A stretch of 45,379 bases of DNA from Minisyncoccota bacterium (lineage in GTDB: Bacteria; Patescibacteriota; Minisyncoccia; UBA6257; GWB1-50-10): the NCBI GenBank assembly GCA_035573955.1, contig DATLZO010000018.1, positions 1 to 45,379 on the forward strand. Reading direction: 5' to 3'. The position numbers were made by a program, and so were the translations under genes. Numbering within the stretch: position 1 is the stretch's first letter; each line of letters begins with the position of its first letter. Shown here piece after piece: positions 17,104 to 25,382 of this stretch. Below the pieces are notes generated by a model. The model saw nothing but the letters and a program-made list of their open reading frames with translations, did not search any database and was not told the DNA's origin.

Positions 17104-18234
17104 ATGAAATCTGTTCAAAAAAAACTAATATTATCGGTAATCATTGTGATTATCTTAAGTCTTGGTTTCTACCTGATTTGGAAAAAGATTGCCGGCACAC
17201 AAGAGGGTGATGATTTTCTGCCAGCAAACGGTTTTCCGGAAAATCCTTTAGACGGCGGTGATGTTACGAAAACATCCGCTGGACCAACTCTTAAGAGGTT
17301 ATCCGACCAGGAAGTCACCGATTTTTGGTTGGTTGAAGAAACCGGAGAAATTTACTACATAAATTATTCGGGCAATATCCTTATCGCCAAAGACGGTCCC
17401 GATTTGGAGGTCTCAAAACAGAACGTGAGCGCGATAAATTCCTCCGAAACAAGTCCGTCTACAAGAAAAATTCTCGTTGCTTTTAGCGATCCTCTCTCGC
17501 CCCAGTGGGGAATTTTTGACATCTTTGATAAAGTCTGGCGGCCACTACCTTCCGAAATATTGGTTGCTTCTTGGGGGGCAAGCGATGACAAGTTAGTCGC
17601 ATTGGTAAAAAATAGCGGTAAAACAGATTTGGTTGAAGTCGATCTGACCAAAACACCGCCCGCTAACAAAATCTTGTTGGGTGATTTTGGGTTTAAGGAT
17701 ATTCGTCTCATCTTTAACCCGCCGGACAAGATTCTTATCGTCGAGAAAACTTCGGCTGATTATCAAGGTAGGTTATGGCAATTCAATATCTTAACTCAAA
17801 ACTTAAATCTTATGATATCAGGAGAAAAAGGTCTTTCACTTTACGCCTCGCCGCAGAAGGATTTTTTTCTTAAATATTCTTCTGATAATGGTTTGGATAT
17901 TCTAACTCCTGAGCTCGCACCAACAATGGAGTCTCCATTAAACACTCTTCCGCAAAAATGCGGTTTTGGTGAGGGTGCGGCAATATATTGTTTTGAACCA
18001 ATAGTTTGGCCTCCCGACGCCGAGTTGCCGGATGACTATCTTGTGGGGAAAATATACACTGTCGATGATTTATTTGAGATAGACCCGCTGGGCGAAGGTC
18101 GTTACAGCAGAGTCTTTAGAAGTGGTGAAAATAACCTTCAGTTGGTTGATGGTGAAAAACCTACGCTGGCGGGGGGAAATGTTTATTTCGTGAATAGGTT
18201 TGATAACCGACTCTACTCGGTGACGCTACCGTGA
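17104..18234 (+). CDS. Membrane-anchored extracellular protein, probable beta-propeller
   Basis: One N-terminal TM helix, then repeated short beta-strand blades (SPSTRKIL, SWGASDDKL, ASPQKD), a PQKC...YC motif and DDY. Confidence 0.65.
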   Translation: MKSVQKKLILSVIIVIILSLGFYLIWKKIAGTQEGDDFLPANGFPENPLDGGDVTKTSAGPTLKRLSDQEVTDFWLVEETGEIYYINYSGNILIAKDGPDLEVSKQNVSAINSSETSPSTRKILVAFSDPLSPQWGIFDIFDKVWRPLPSEILVASWGASDDKLVALVKNSGKTDLVEVDLTKTPPANKILLGDFGFKDIRLIFNPPDKILIVEKTSADYQGRLWQFNILTQNLNLMISGEKGLSLYASPQKDFFLKYSSDNGLDILTPELAPTMESPLNTLPQKCGFGEGAAIYCFEPIVWPPDAELPDDYLVGKIYTVDDLFEIDPLGEGRYSRVFRSGENNLQLVDGEKPTLAGGNVYFVNRFDNRLYSVTLP

Positions 18235-18235
18235 T

Positions 18236-18667
18236 TTAAGAGATGTGTTTGATTATCACCCGACGTTCCTTATTGAGGCCTACGCTCTCAGTTGTTAGTT
18301 CCGGGTGGGTAGTTATCTCCATATGGATCAGCCGGCGCTCGTAGGCGTTCATTGGGGGGAGTTCCACATCGGATTTGGTAAGCATCGCTTTGTGAGCGGC
18401 AGCTCGCGCGAGCTCGGTGATCAGCCGTTCTCGCTCTTTGCGATAGTAATTTAAATCGACAACATAGGGGCCGTTATTCTCGCCTTTTACCATCAAATTC
18501 AGAATATGCTCAATCGCTGGCAAAACAACCGCCACTCTTGATTGAATGAGATCGTCATCAATGAAAAGGGAGATCTTGCGGTGTTCCGCGTCAAGCTCCA
18601 CCCGCGGTTCCTCGAAACCCATTAGGGCCACCATTTTCTTTGTTTTTTGAATCAGATTCTCGGTCAT
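18236..18667 (-). CDS. jag: Short Jag/KhpB(EloR)-like KH-R3H RNA-binding protein
   Basis: VVDLNYYRKERE, LPPMNAYERRLIH (R3H) and TESVG...ERRVII; canonical position after yidC. Confidence 0.85.
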   Translation of the reverse strand: MTENLIQKTKKMVALMGFEEPRVELDAEHRKISLFIDDDLIQSRVAVVLPAIEHILNLMVKGENNGPYVVDLNYYRKERERLITELARAAAHKAMLTKSDVELPPMNAYERRLIHMEITTHPELTTESVGLNKERRVIIKHIS

Positions 18668-19334
18668 GGGTTAGTTTCGGCAATTTTTTATTGATAATAA
18701 CCTGCTGTAAGAGAGAAAACAAGGTCGAGGCCGACCAGTAGATTCCAAGCGCCGCAGGAAAATTTAAGAGGATAACAAATGTAAAGGCCGGCGCCACATA
18801 CACCATCATCTTCATTTGAAAGAACATTTGTCCGCTGCGCTCACTTTTCGGCTGCGCGCCCATTGTCATCTTTCCCAAGAGATATTGCAGAAGAGCGGCA
18901 ACAACAGCGAGTAGAACACTCTTTGATCCGAGATCGAGAATTCCAAGGAAATCGTGCGCCGTGAAAATGTTATTGCCAATTTCCTTCAAGAAAATCTGGT
19001 AGAGAGCGATTAAGATCGGTAGTTGGATAAGAAGTAAAAGAAAACCAGAAAAGGGGTTTAGGCGATGTTTTTTATATAGGTCCATGAGCGCTCTGGCCTG
19101 CTGTTCTTTATTGTCCTTATGATCAAGTTGAATTTTCTGGATATGAGGTTGAAGCCGTTGCATCAAACTCTGATCTTTGGCGCTCTTGTAAAATAAAGGG
19201 AAAAGAACAAGCCGAACCAAGAAGGTTAAAAGAATTATGGAAACGCCGAGGTCGTGAAAAGCGATATTTTGGTAGATAAAAACCAAAACCGCGAGGAGTG
19301 GTTCATAAAGGTACGTATTGAAGATTTCGCTCAT
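18591..19334 (-). CDS. yidC: YidC/Oxa1 membrane protein insertase (short form)
   Basis: YEPLL, DLGVSIILLT..VRLVLFPL, LQP.I..IQ, NPFSGFL..LIQLPILIALY and FPAALGIYW. Confidence 0.95.
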   Translation of the reverse strand: MSEIFNTYLYEPLLAVLVFIYQNIAFHDLGVSIILLTFLVRLVLFPLFYKSAKDQSLMQRLQPHIQKIQLDHKDNKEQQARALMDLYKKHRLNPFSGFLLLLIQLPILIALYQIFLKEIGNNIFTAHDFLGILDLGSKSVLLAVVAALLQYLLGKMTMGAQPKSERSGQMFFQMKMMVYVAPAFTFVILLNFPAALGIYWSASTLFSLLQQVIINKKLPKLTHDRESDSKNKENGGPNGFRGTAGGA

Positions 19335-19576
19335 TTTATGCTCTCCAAAATCTCTCTCTTAATATCGGCGAAGGTGGCTTCGGCTGCTCCTGGTCTCGCA
19401 ATAACCGAAAAATAACCTTCTTTTTCCTTTAAAATTGGTCTCATTACCGCCCTGATCCGCCGTTTCAGAAGGTTCCTTGTGACTGCTTTCCTCGCGACGC
19501 CTTTCCCAATTGATATAACCAAACGTCCGCCCGAGACTCCTTGAAATCTCCTCCTAACAATGATGAGGGGTGGCAT
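19331..19576 (-). CDS. rnpA: RNase P protein subunit, N-terminally shortened (81 aa)
   Basis: RLVISIGKGVARKAVTRNLLKRRIR (RNR-type motif); lies between rpmH and yidC. Confidence 0.85.
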   Translation of the reverse strand: MPPLIIVRRRFQGVSGGRLVISIGKGVARKAVTRNLLKRRIRAVMRPILKEKEGYFSVIARPGAAEATFADIKREILESIK

Positions 19577-19579
19577 CTC

Positions 19580-19717
19580 TCAGACGGCGAGTTGTTTCCT
19601 GCCTTTCCGGCGCCTCCGCCTTAAAACGGATCGGCCGCTTGGTTTACTTTGCCTTGAGAGGAATCCGTGAGTAGATTTTCTTTTCCTTTTATTCGGTTGA
19701 TACGTTCTTTTGGGCAT
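19580..19717 (-). CDS. rpmH: 50S ribosomal protein L34 (not in the ORF track)
   Basis: Hand translation [45 protein letters not shown], with KRTYQP and HGF motifs; divergent from dnaA. Confidence 0.97.
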   Translation of the reverse strand: MPKRTYQPNKRKRKSTHGFLSRQSKPSGRSVLRRRRRKGRKQLAV

Positions 19718-19776
19718 GGGTTAATGAAACTATCTTTGAAAAATTATTGCAAGCCGACCTTGTCTCGCTCCACAAC

Positions 19777-19785
19777 TTATTCACA
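19777..19785 (+). promoter_or_regulatory. DnaA box upstream of dnaA
   Basis: TTATTCACA matches the consensus TT(A/T)TNCACA. Confidence 0.75.
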
Positions 19786-19865
19786 ATTAAAACACAAATC
19801 TCTTTTTGCATCAATGTTGCAACGGAACGATAATTCCTTATCATAGTAGAACCGAGACAAATCTC

Positions 19866-21245
19866 ATGGACCCGAAAGAAATTTGGCAAACAGTGTTGGG
19901 CGAGATAGAACTCCAGATATCTAGGCCGAATTTCCTGACTTGGTTAAAACAAAGCGAACTCCTCAATAAAGATGAGAAGGAGGGGACGGCGCTTGTTGGA
20001 CTCCCTAATAATTTCGCTAAAGAATGGGTCCGCAACCGTTATCACAAGATAATCCTTGGTTCTCTCCGCAACATTGATGGTTCCATTAAGAACATTGATT
20101 ATGTGGTTGTGAACCACACCAATCAAACTACCCAACTGAACCAACTGAAGAAACCGCGCGGCACAAAAAGTCCTTCGGTTCCCCAGCCGACGCTTTTGGA
20201 AACAAGAGTGGATCCCAAAACCAATTTGAATCCCAAGTACACTTTGGATTCGTTTGTTGTTGGGTCATCGAATGAATTGGCTTACGCCGCGATTCAGGCG
20301 GTAACAAAAGACGTGGGTCGGAAATACAACCCTCTCTTTGTTTACGGCGGTGTGGGTTTGGGTAAAACACACCTTATCCAAGCTGGGGGGAATGAAATCG
20401 TCAAAAACCATGGTTCCAAAAATGTTTTATATGTTTCCTCAGAAAAGTTCATAAACGATGTTGTTTGGGCCATTCGCAACAAACGGATGGAAGATATGAA
20501 AAGAAAATACCGGGATACTGATGTCCTTATAATCGATGATATCCAATTCATCGGCGGTAAGGCTTCAACCGAGCAGGAATTCTTCTACACCTTTAACGTC
20601 CTTCATGAGAATTCCAAGCAGATAATAATTTCCTCCGACCGGCCGCCGGCGGCAATTCCCACCCTTGAAGAACGTTTGAGGTCGCGTTTTGAGGGAGGGA
20701 TGATAGTGGATATAGGCTATCCGGATTATGAGATGCGGCTCGCTATCTTAAGAACCAAAGTCCAAGATCACGGTTGGGTGGTTGAAGAAAAAACCTTGGA
20801 ATCAATTGCCACTAAGGTCCAGCGGAACATTCGGGAATTGGAGGGGGTTTTAAATAAAGTCGTCTTTTACGAACAGTACAAGAACGAGAAAATAGACGCG
20901 AAGAAACTAGACGAGATAATAAGCGAAACTACCCAACTCGCGGCTAAAAACATCACGGTTGGTAATGTTGTAAATGCCGTCGCCGAGTTCTTTGAGGTGT
21001 CGGCAAGTGATTTGACCGGTCGGAGCCGTAAGAGCGAGGTTGTTGAACCGAGGCAGATTTGTATGTACCTTCTCCGTGACATCCTAAAGTTGTCGTACCC
21101 TCACATCGGCGAGAAGTTGGGTAACCGCGACCACACAACTGCAATCCACGCCTGCGAAAAAATTACCAAAGATATTAACCAAAACCCCTCACTAAACCAA
21201 AAGATCATGCTTATTAAAGAAAGGTTGTATAAAAACGGGGGATAA
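19866..21245 (+). CDS. dnaA: Chromosomal replication initiator DnaA
   Basis: Likely start ATG at 19866 (MDPKEIWQ). LNPKYTLDSFVVG.SNELA, YNPLFVYGGVGLGKTHL, LIIDDIQF, RLRSRFEGG, NIRELEG and RDHTTAIHA. Confidence 0.98.
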   Translation: MDPKEIWQTVLGEIELQISRPNFLTWLKQSELLNKDEKEGTALVGLPNNFAKEWVRNRYHKIILGSLRNIDGSIKNIDYVVVNHTNQTTQLNQLKKPRGTKSPSVPQPTLLETRVDPKTNLNPKYTLDSFVVGSSNELAYAAIQAVTKDVGRKYNPLFVYGGVGLGKTHLIQAGGNEIVKNHGSKNVLYVSSEKFINDVVWAIRNKRMEDMKRKYRDTDVLIIDDIQFIGGKASTEQEFFYTFNVLHENSKQIIISSDRPPAAIPTLEERLRSRFEGGMIVDIGYPDYEMRLAILRTKVQDHGWVVEEKTLESIATKVQRNIRELEGVLNKVVFYEQYKNEKIDAKKLDEIISETTQLAAKNITVGNVVNAVAEFFEVSASDLTGRSRKSEVVEPRQICMYLLRDILKLSYPHIGEKLGNRDHTTAIHACEKITKDINQNPSLNQKIMLIKERLYKNGG

Positions 21246-21410
21246 GTGTGGTAAATATTAGTTAGTAATTAACAATCAATAATTTTTATCAACAATTTAT
21301 AAATACTTTCCCAAGTTTTTTCCCCACCAACAAAATCTAAAACACCAGTTGCCAATTAACAATTTCTAACTTTTCCACTTATCAACACAAACTACTACCG
21401 CTCCTATTTA
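21246..21410. promoter_or_regulatory. Probable oriC unwinding region (DnaA boxes plus DnaA-trios)
   Basis: AT-rich dnaA-dnaN spacer. TTATCAACA at 21286-21294 and 21379-21387, TTTTCCACT at 21371-21379, followed by ACTACTACC at 21391-21399. Confidence 0.75.
21345..21372 (+). repeat. Degenerate 7-nt array in the dnaA-dnaN spacer
   Basis: CCAGTTG-CCAATTA-ACAATTT-CTAACTT. Confidence 0.4.
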
Positions 21411-22523
21411 ATGAAACTAATAATATTAAAAAACAACTTAGTAGACGCACTGAACGCTGTGGAAGGTTCGGTTGGTGATAATACAAATTTACCAATCCTA
21501 AAGAATATTCTAATTTCTGCCGAAGACAATAAAATAACACTAACTTCGACGAATTTAGAAATAGCGGTAAAATACATAGTTCCCGGGAAAATAGTTGAAG
21601 GGGGGTCGCTTACGGTTATTTTTTCGGTGTTCAGTAATATCGTGAAAAATCTCAGTTCTGAGAGGGTAACCCTTGAAAAAGACGATAAAAACTTAATAGT
21701 GACCACTGATAATTATGAAGCGGTTATTCGCGTTCAGGACCCTAAAGATTTCCCCATTATTCCTTCAATTCAAGATAGAAAAAAATCGATAAAAATCGGC
21801 CTAAACACTCTCAAAAATACCATTTCCCGAGCTATTATTGCCGCTCAGTACTCCGATGTGAGACCGGAGATAAGCGGTGTTCTTGTAAGCCTTAACGACC
21901 AGAAGTTGAAGTTTGTTGCCACCGATAGTTTTCGTCTTGTGGAGATAACTCTAAACCCCGGCGATTTTGAGACAAACATCAAAGAACTTTCGGTTATTGT
22001 TCCTTTAAAAGCGGCGACGGAAGTAGTGAGAAGTTTGACCAACAAGAATGGTGGAGAGGTTTTGGTTTTTGTCGAGTCAAACCAAATCCTTTTCCAAACC
22101 GAGAACGAGAACTTAATTTCGCGCCTCATAGACGGTACCTTCCCCGACTATCAGGCGATTGTCCCAAAGACCGCCAAATCCGAAGCGGTGGCAAGCCGGG
22201 AAGAGTTGATGAATGCGGTGAAAATAACGAAGATTTTTTCGGGTCGGGCGAACGACATTTCACTTAAAGTCGGTGAGAACAACAAGTTTATTGAGGTTTC
22301 AGCAACCGACAGTTCTTTGGGTGAGAATCGTTATAAGATTCCAATAAAACTGTCCGGTGAAAAATTCTCCTTAAGTTTCAATTGGCGGTATCTGATGGAC
22401 GGCCTAAAAATCTGGGAAGGGGAAGAAGTGATTATGGGTGTAAACGAGCCCGGCCGCCCAGTTTCATTAAGAAGCCTAAGCGATCCAAACATGCTTTATA
22501 TTGTGATGCCGGTGAAATCTTAA
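21411..22523 (+). CDS. dnaN: DNA polymerase III beta sliding clamp
   Basis: LPILKNILI, LTSTNLEI, DFP.IP, VATDSFRL, SRLIDGTFPDYQ and YIVMPV; follows dnaA. Confidence 0.97.
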   Translation: MKLIILKNNLVDALNAVEGSVGDNTNLPILKNILISAEDNKITLTSTNLEIAVKYIVPGKIVEGGSLTVIFSVFSNIVKNLSSERVTLEKDDKNLIVTTDNYEAVIRVQDPKDFPIIPSIQDRKKSIKIGLNTLKNTISRAIIAAQYSDVRPEISGVLVSLNDQKLKFVATDSFRLVEITLNPGDFETNIKELSVIVPLKAATEVVRSLTNKNGGEVLVFVESNQILFQTENENLISRLIDGTFPDYQAIVPKTAKSEAVASREELMNAVKITKIFSGRANDISLKVGENNKFIEVSATDSSLGENRYKIPIKLSGEKFSLSFNWRYLMDGLKIWEGEEVIMGVNEPGRPVSLRSLSDPNMLYIVMPVKS

Positions 22524-22533
22524 CCCCCCACCG

Positions 22534-25053
22534 TTAATGGAAGAGAATGAGAATGGTTTTGTATTCCTCCCCCGAAACGTCCACAGCTTTTATTTCCACA
22601 AGGTTCTGTGAACCAAGAGGAGCAGTCAGTATGTAATCAAATCGATAATAGTTCCCTGAAACACTTTGAACAGTCGTTTTTTGGCGGTTGAAAAAAACCT
22701 CAAAACGGCTTAAACCCCGAACCGCCCTAATATCAGCAGAAATTCTGACGGGAGAATTCACAAAACTGCCGTTTGGTGGCGAAACATTGGTTATAGTTAT
22801 ATTGCCGGAACCACTTCCCGGAAAAGCGCCGTCCAGAAATGACACATTCGAAGGAAGAGGTTTATTGTAAAGATAAAAATCGGGAATATTTGCTCGCGCC
22901 CAATTTGTGACCCCAATTTCCCAGTTTGCGAATTGAGGGTCTTCATCAGGAGTGGTTGGGGGTTGGCCAAGCGGATCCTTTTTGGACACGTAGTACAGAA
23001 TGGAGTGGAATTGGGGCAACACCCTACCGTTCACAATCGGTCGGTAGAAAGCTTCGCCGTTCAACATTGGTTTTGATATCTGGGTAGCTGGGGCGGGTTT
23101 TGTGAACGTCTCACTCGGGAGTTTATTAATAACCTCTTTTAAGAAAGCACTCCAAATAGGAACGGCTGCAAGGATACTTGAACCGCGACGTTGCATCGGT
23201 TCATTGTTGTTGTTGCCGGCCCAAACTCCGACCGCGAGAGAGGGGGTATAACCTACCGCCCATGCATCGCGGTAATCATTGGTGGTGCCGGTCTTTAGAG
23301 CCACTTCGTGGTCGGGGAAAATAGTGAGACCGAGACTAGACTGGAAGAGTCCGCTTCTTAGATTCACATCCGAGAGAATTTGATTAATTGTCCGCACGGG
23401 ATCAGCCTCCATAACCCGCTCCGATTTATCACTCCACGAATCCAAAACCCTACCCTTACTATCTTTCACTTCAAGGACGAGTGATTGGGTGTGTCGCACC
23501 CCTTCGGAGGCAAGAGTGGCGTAGGCGTTAACAAGATCAAATAGTTTGACCTCGCCACCGCCCAATATGAGCGAAAGGCCGTAACGCGCCCGCTCGTTCA
23601 GAGTTGTAATACCGAATGAATGCAGGGTTTTTAGAACTTCATCAAAACCGGCAAGATAGAGGACTTTGACCGAAGGAACATTAATGGATTGAGCTAACGC
23701 TTCTTCAAAACTAACCGGTCCTCTAAAAAAGCCGTCAAAATTCTCCGGATTGAAGCAATCGGGGTTGGCGTCAGATTCCGGTGTCACGGTGGGCGGACAA
23801 TTGGGATCGTTGGAAACGAATTCGGTTGGGGCGTCGATCAAAACCGTCTTCGACGGATAACCTTTGTTCAAAGCTGTGAGATAGGCGAATGGTTTTAGAG
23901 CCGAGCCCGGTTGGCGGAGGCCTTGAGTGGCCACGTTGAATTTAGGTTCAAAACGGCATTCGAGCGGCGGTATGCATCCTTCGGGCAGGGACGACGATGA
24001 AAACCAATCACGAGAACCAACCAAAGCGAGAACCTGACCCGTCTTAGGATCTTCGGCGACTAAAGCGGCATTCTCACCATAGTAGAGCTCGCCGTTCCTT
24101 TTAGCTCCTTCAAGGACGACTTTCTCGGCGACCTGCTGCATTTCCCAGTCGAGTGTCGTTTTGACTCGGAGACCACCGTTCATTACTTCTTCTTCGCCAT
24201 ATTTTTCGATCAGATAATCCTTAACCGCTAAGGAGAAGTGAGGCGCCTTAATGGTGCCGAGTGAGGGTGGGGCGAAGACAATTTTCTCCTCGGAAGCTTT
24301 TTTTGCCTCCTCGGTGGAAATATAACCCAATTCAACCATCCTCCGGAGAACATAATCGCGTCTCTCAAAAAGTTCGTCGGTATGGCTACCCCAAGGTGAG
24401 AAATAACTCGGGGCTTTAGGAAGGCTTGCGATTATTGCCGCCTCACCCAACGACAAGTCCTTCGCCGGTTTGTTGAAGAAGGTGACGGAGGCCGCTTCTA
24501 CACCATAAGCGTTCGAACCGTAGGGTATTTGGTTCAGATAGAAATTAAAGATCTCGTCCTTGCTGTACCGCGATTCAAGTTGAATGGCGAGAAAAAGCTC
24601 CTTAATCTTGCGTGCTAATGTCTTCTCAGACGAAAGGAAGGCATTTTTAGCGAGTTGTTGGGTGATAGTTGAACCGCCCTGACTTAATCTCCTTTCCTTC
24701 AAGTCGACGAAGATGGCTCTTGCAATTCCCTTCCAATCGAAAGCCGGTTGGTTATAGAAATCCGCATCTTCGGCGGCTAGTGTTGCTTGCTTAAGGTACT
24801 CGGGAATTTCTTCAAAAGGGATAACCGTTCTTTTCTCCTCACCGTGGATTTCATAAAGGAGAATTTCACCAGTCCGATCGTAGAGTTTGGTGGACTGACT
24901 CACCTTTCTTTCGCCGAACTCGTAAGGGGAGGGCAGGTCTCGCAGGATGACGACGAGATAGACGGCAGAAACGGCTGCGAAGAGAATAATGAAGCCGGCT
25001 GCTGCAAAAAAAGCAACTATCTTAAACCTTCTCAACCTCCTCTTTTTTGCCAT
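22534..25053 (-). CDS. Class A penicillin-binding protein (transglycosylase + transpeptidase) with a C-terminal Ig-like domain
   Basis: TM anchor. GT51 motifs AEDADF, QGGSTITQQLAKN, RKIKEL and YLNQIPYG. Transpeptidase SxxK (SALK), SxN (SIN) and KTG (KTGT). Confidence 0.95.
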   Translation of the reverse strand: MAKKRRLRRFKIVAFFAAAGFIILFAAVSAVYLVVILRDLPSPYEFGERKVSQSTKLYDRTGEILLYEIHGEEKRTVIPFEEIPEYLKQATLAAEDADFYNQPAFDWKGIARAIFVDLKERRLSQGGSTITQQLAKNAFLSSEKTLARKIKELFLAIQLESRYSKDEIFNFYLNQIPYGSNAYGVEAASVTFFNKPAKDLSLGEAAIIASLPKAPSYFSPWGSHTDELFERRDYVLRRMVELGYISTEEAKKASEEKIVFAPPSLGTIKAPHFSLAVKDYLIEKYGEEEVMNGGLRVKTTLDWEMQQVAEKVVLEGAKRNGELYYGENAALVAEDPKTGQVLALVGSRDWFSSSSLPEGCIPPLECRFEPKFNVATQGLRQPGSALKPFAYLTALNKGYPSKTVLIDAPTEFVSNDPNCPPTVTPESDANPDCFNPENFDGFFRGPVSFEEALAQSINVPSVKVLYLAGFDEVLKTLHSFGITTLNERARYGLSLILGGGEVKLFDLVNAYATLASEGVRHTQSLVLEVKDSKGRVLDSWSDKSERVMEADPVRTINQILSDVNLRSGLFQSSLGLTIFPDHEVALKTGTTNDYRDAWAVGYTPSLAVGVWAGNNNNEPMQRRGSSILAAVPIWSAFLKEVINKLPSETFTKPAPATQISKPMLNGEAFYRPIVNGRVLPQFHSILYYVSKKDPLGQPPTTPDEDPQFANWEIGVTNWARANIPDFYLYNKPLPSNVSFLDGAFPGSGSGNITITNVSPPNGSFVNSPVRISADIRAVRGLSRFEVFFNRQKTTVQSVSGNYYRFDYILTAPLGSQNLVEIKAVDVSGEEYKTILILFH

Positions 25054-25084
25054 AACCTAATAATTAAACACCAAAAATGTCCGT

Positions 25085-25131
25085 GACTCAAAAACAAATC
25101 CCGCCGGGCAATAGCCTCGGCGGGATGAGTC
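25085..25131 (-). terminator. Intrinsic terminator after the acidic microprotein
   Basis: ATCCCGCCG (25098-25106) pairs with CGGCGGGAT (25118-25126), with an inner GGC/GCC pair. TTTGTTTTT follows on the minus strand. Confidence 0.8.
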
Positions 25132-25146
25132 AGGTTTGTCCGAATT

Positions 25147-25296
25147 CTAGTACTCCAGATTTTCCTCCTCGTCTTCATCTGCGCCGTCCCCACCCTCTTC
25201 CATCGGTTCGGCCAATTCCTCACTCTCGTCGTCGCCAATTTCCACTTCGTCTTCTTCGGCGACCAGATTGATTTCCTTGATATCTAAAGTCGTCAT
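25147..25296 (-). CDS. 49-aa highly acidic microprotein (not in the ORF track)
   Basis: MTTLDIKEINLVAEEDEVEIGDDESEELAEPMEEGGDGADEDEEENLEY: 23 D/E and 1 K. Own promoter upstream and terminator downstream. Confidence 0.75.
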   Translation of the reverse strand: MTTLDIKEINLVAEEDEVEIGDDESEELAEPMEEGGDGADEDEEENLEY

Positions 25297-25339
25297 AATT
25301 TTTTCCTATTAAGGCGACCTTTAAAACTATTATGGGGTA

Positions 25340-25367
25340 AGTATACAGACGAGTCTCCCTGTGTCAA
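25340..25367 (-). promoter_or_regulatory. Sigma70-type promoter of the acidic microprotein
   Basis: Minus strand TTGACA (25362-25367), 16-nt spacer, TATACT (25340-25345). Confidence 0.75.
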
Positions 25368-25382
25368 CCTACCCTGGGGTGC

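Noticed and set aside
6519-18234. Interpretation as an ICE, integrated plasmid or prophage
   Set aside because: No integrase, relaxase, coupling protein, att repeats or phage structural genes are visible, and the flanks are core genes with tight junctions.
18591-18667. 77-nt yidC/jag overlap as a dual-coding signal
   Set aside because: The YidC tail in the overlap is low-complexity and most simply reflects a drifted stop codon.
25032-25271. Track ORFs 25032-25238 (-) and 25077-25271 (+)
   Set aside because: They run through the terminator and are alternative frames of the better supported 49-aa acidic ORF.
25313-25323. AAAGGTCG motif upstream of the acidic ORF (also near rpmH and in the 41638 hairpin) as a lineage-specific translation signal
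   Set aside because: Too few occurrences and inconsistent spacing within this window; it needs a genome-wide motif count.
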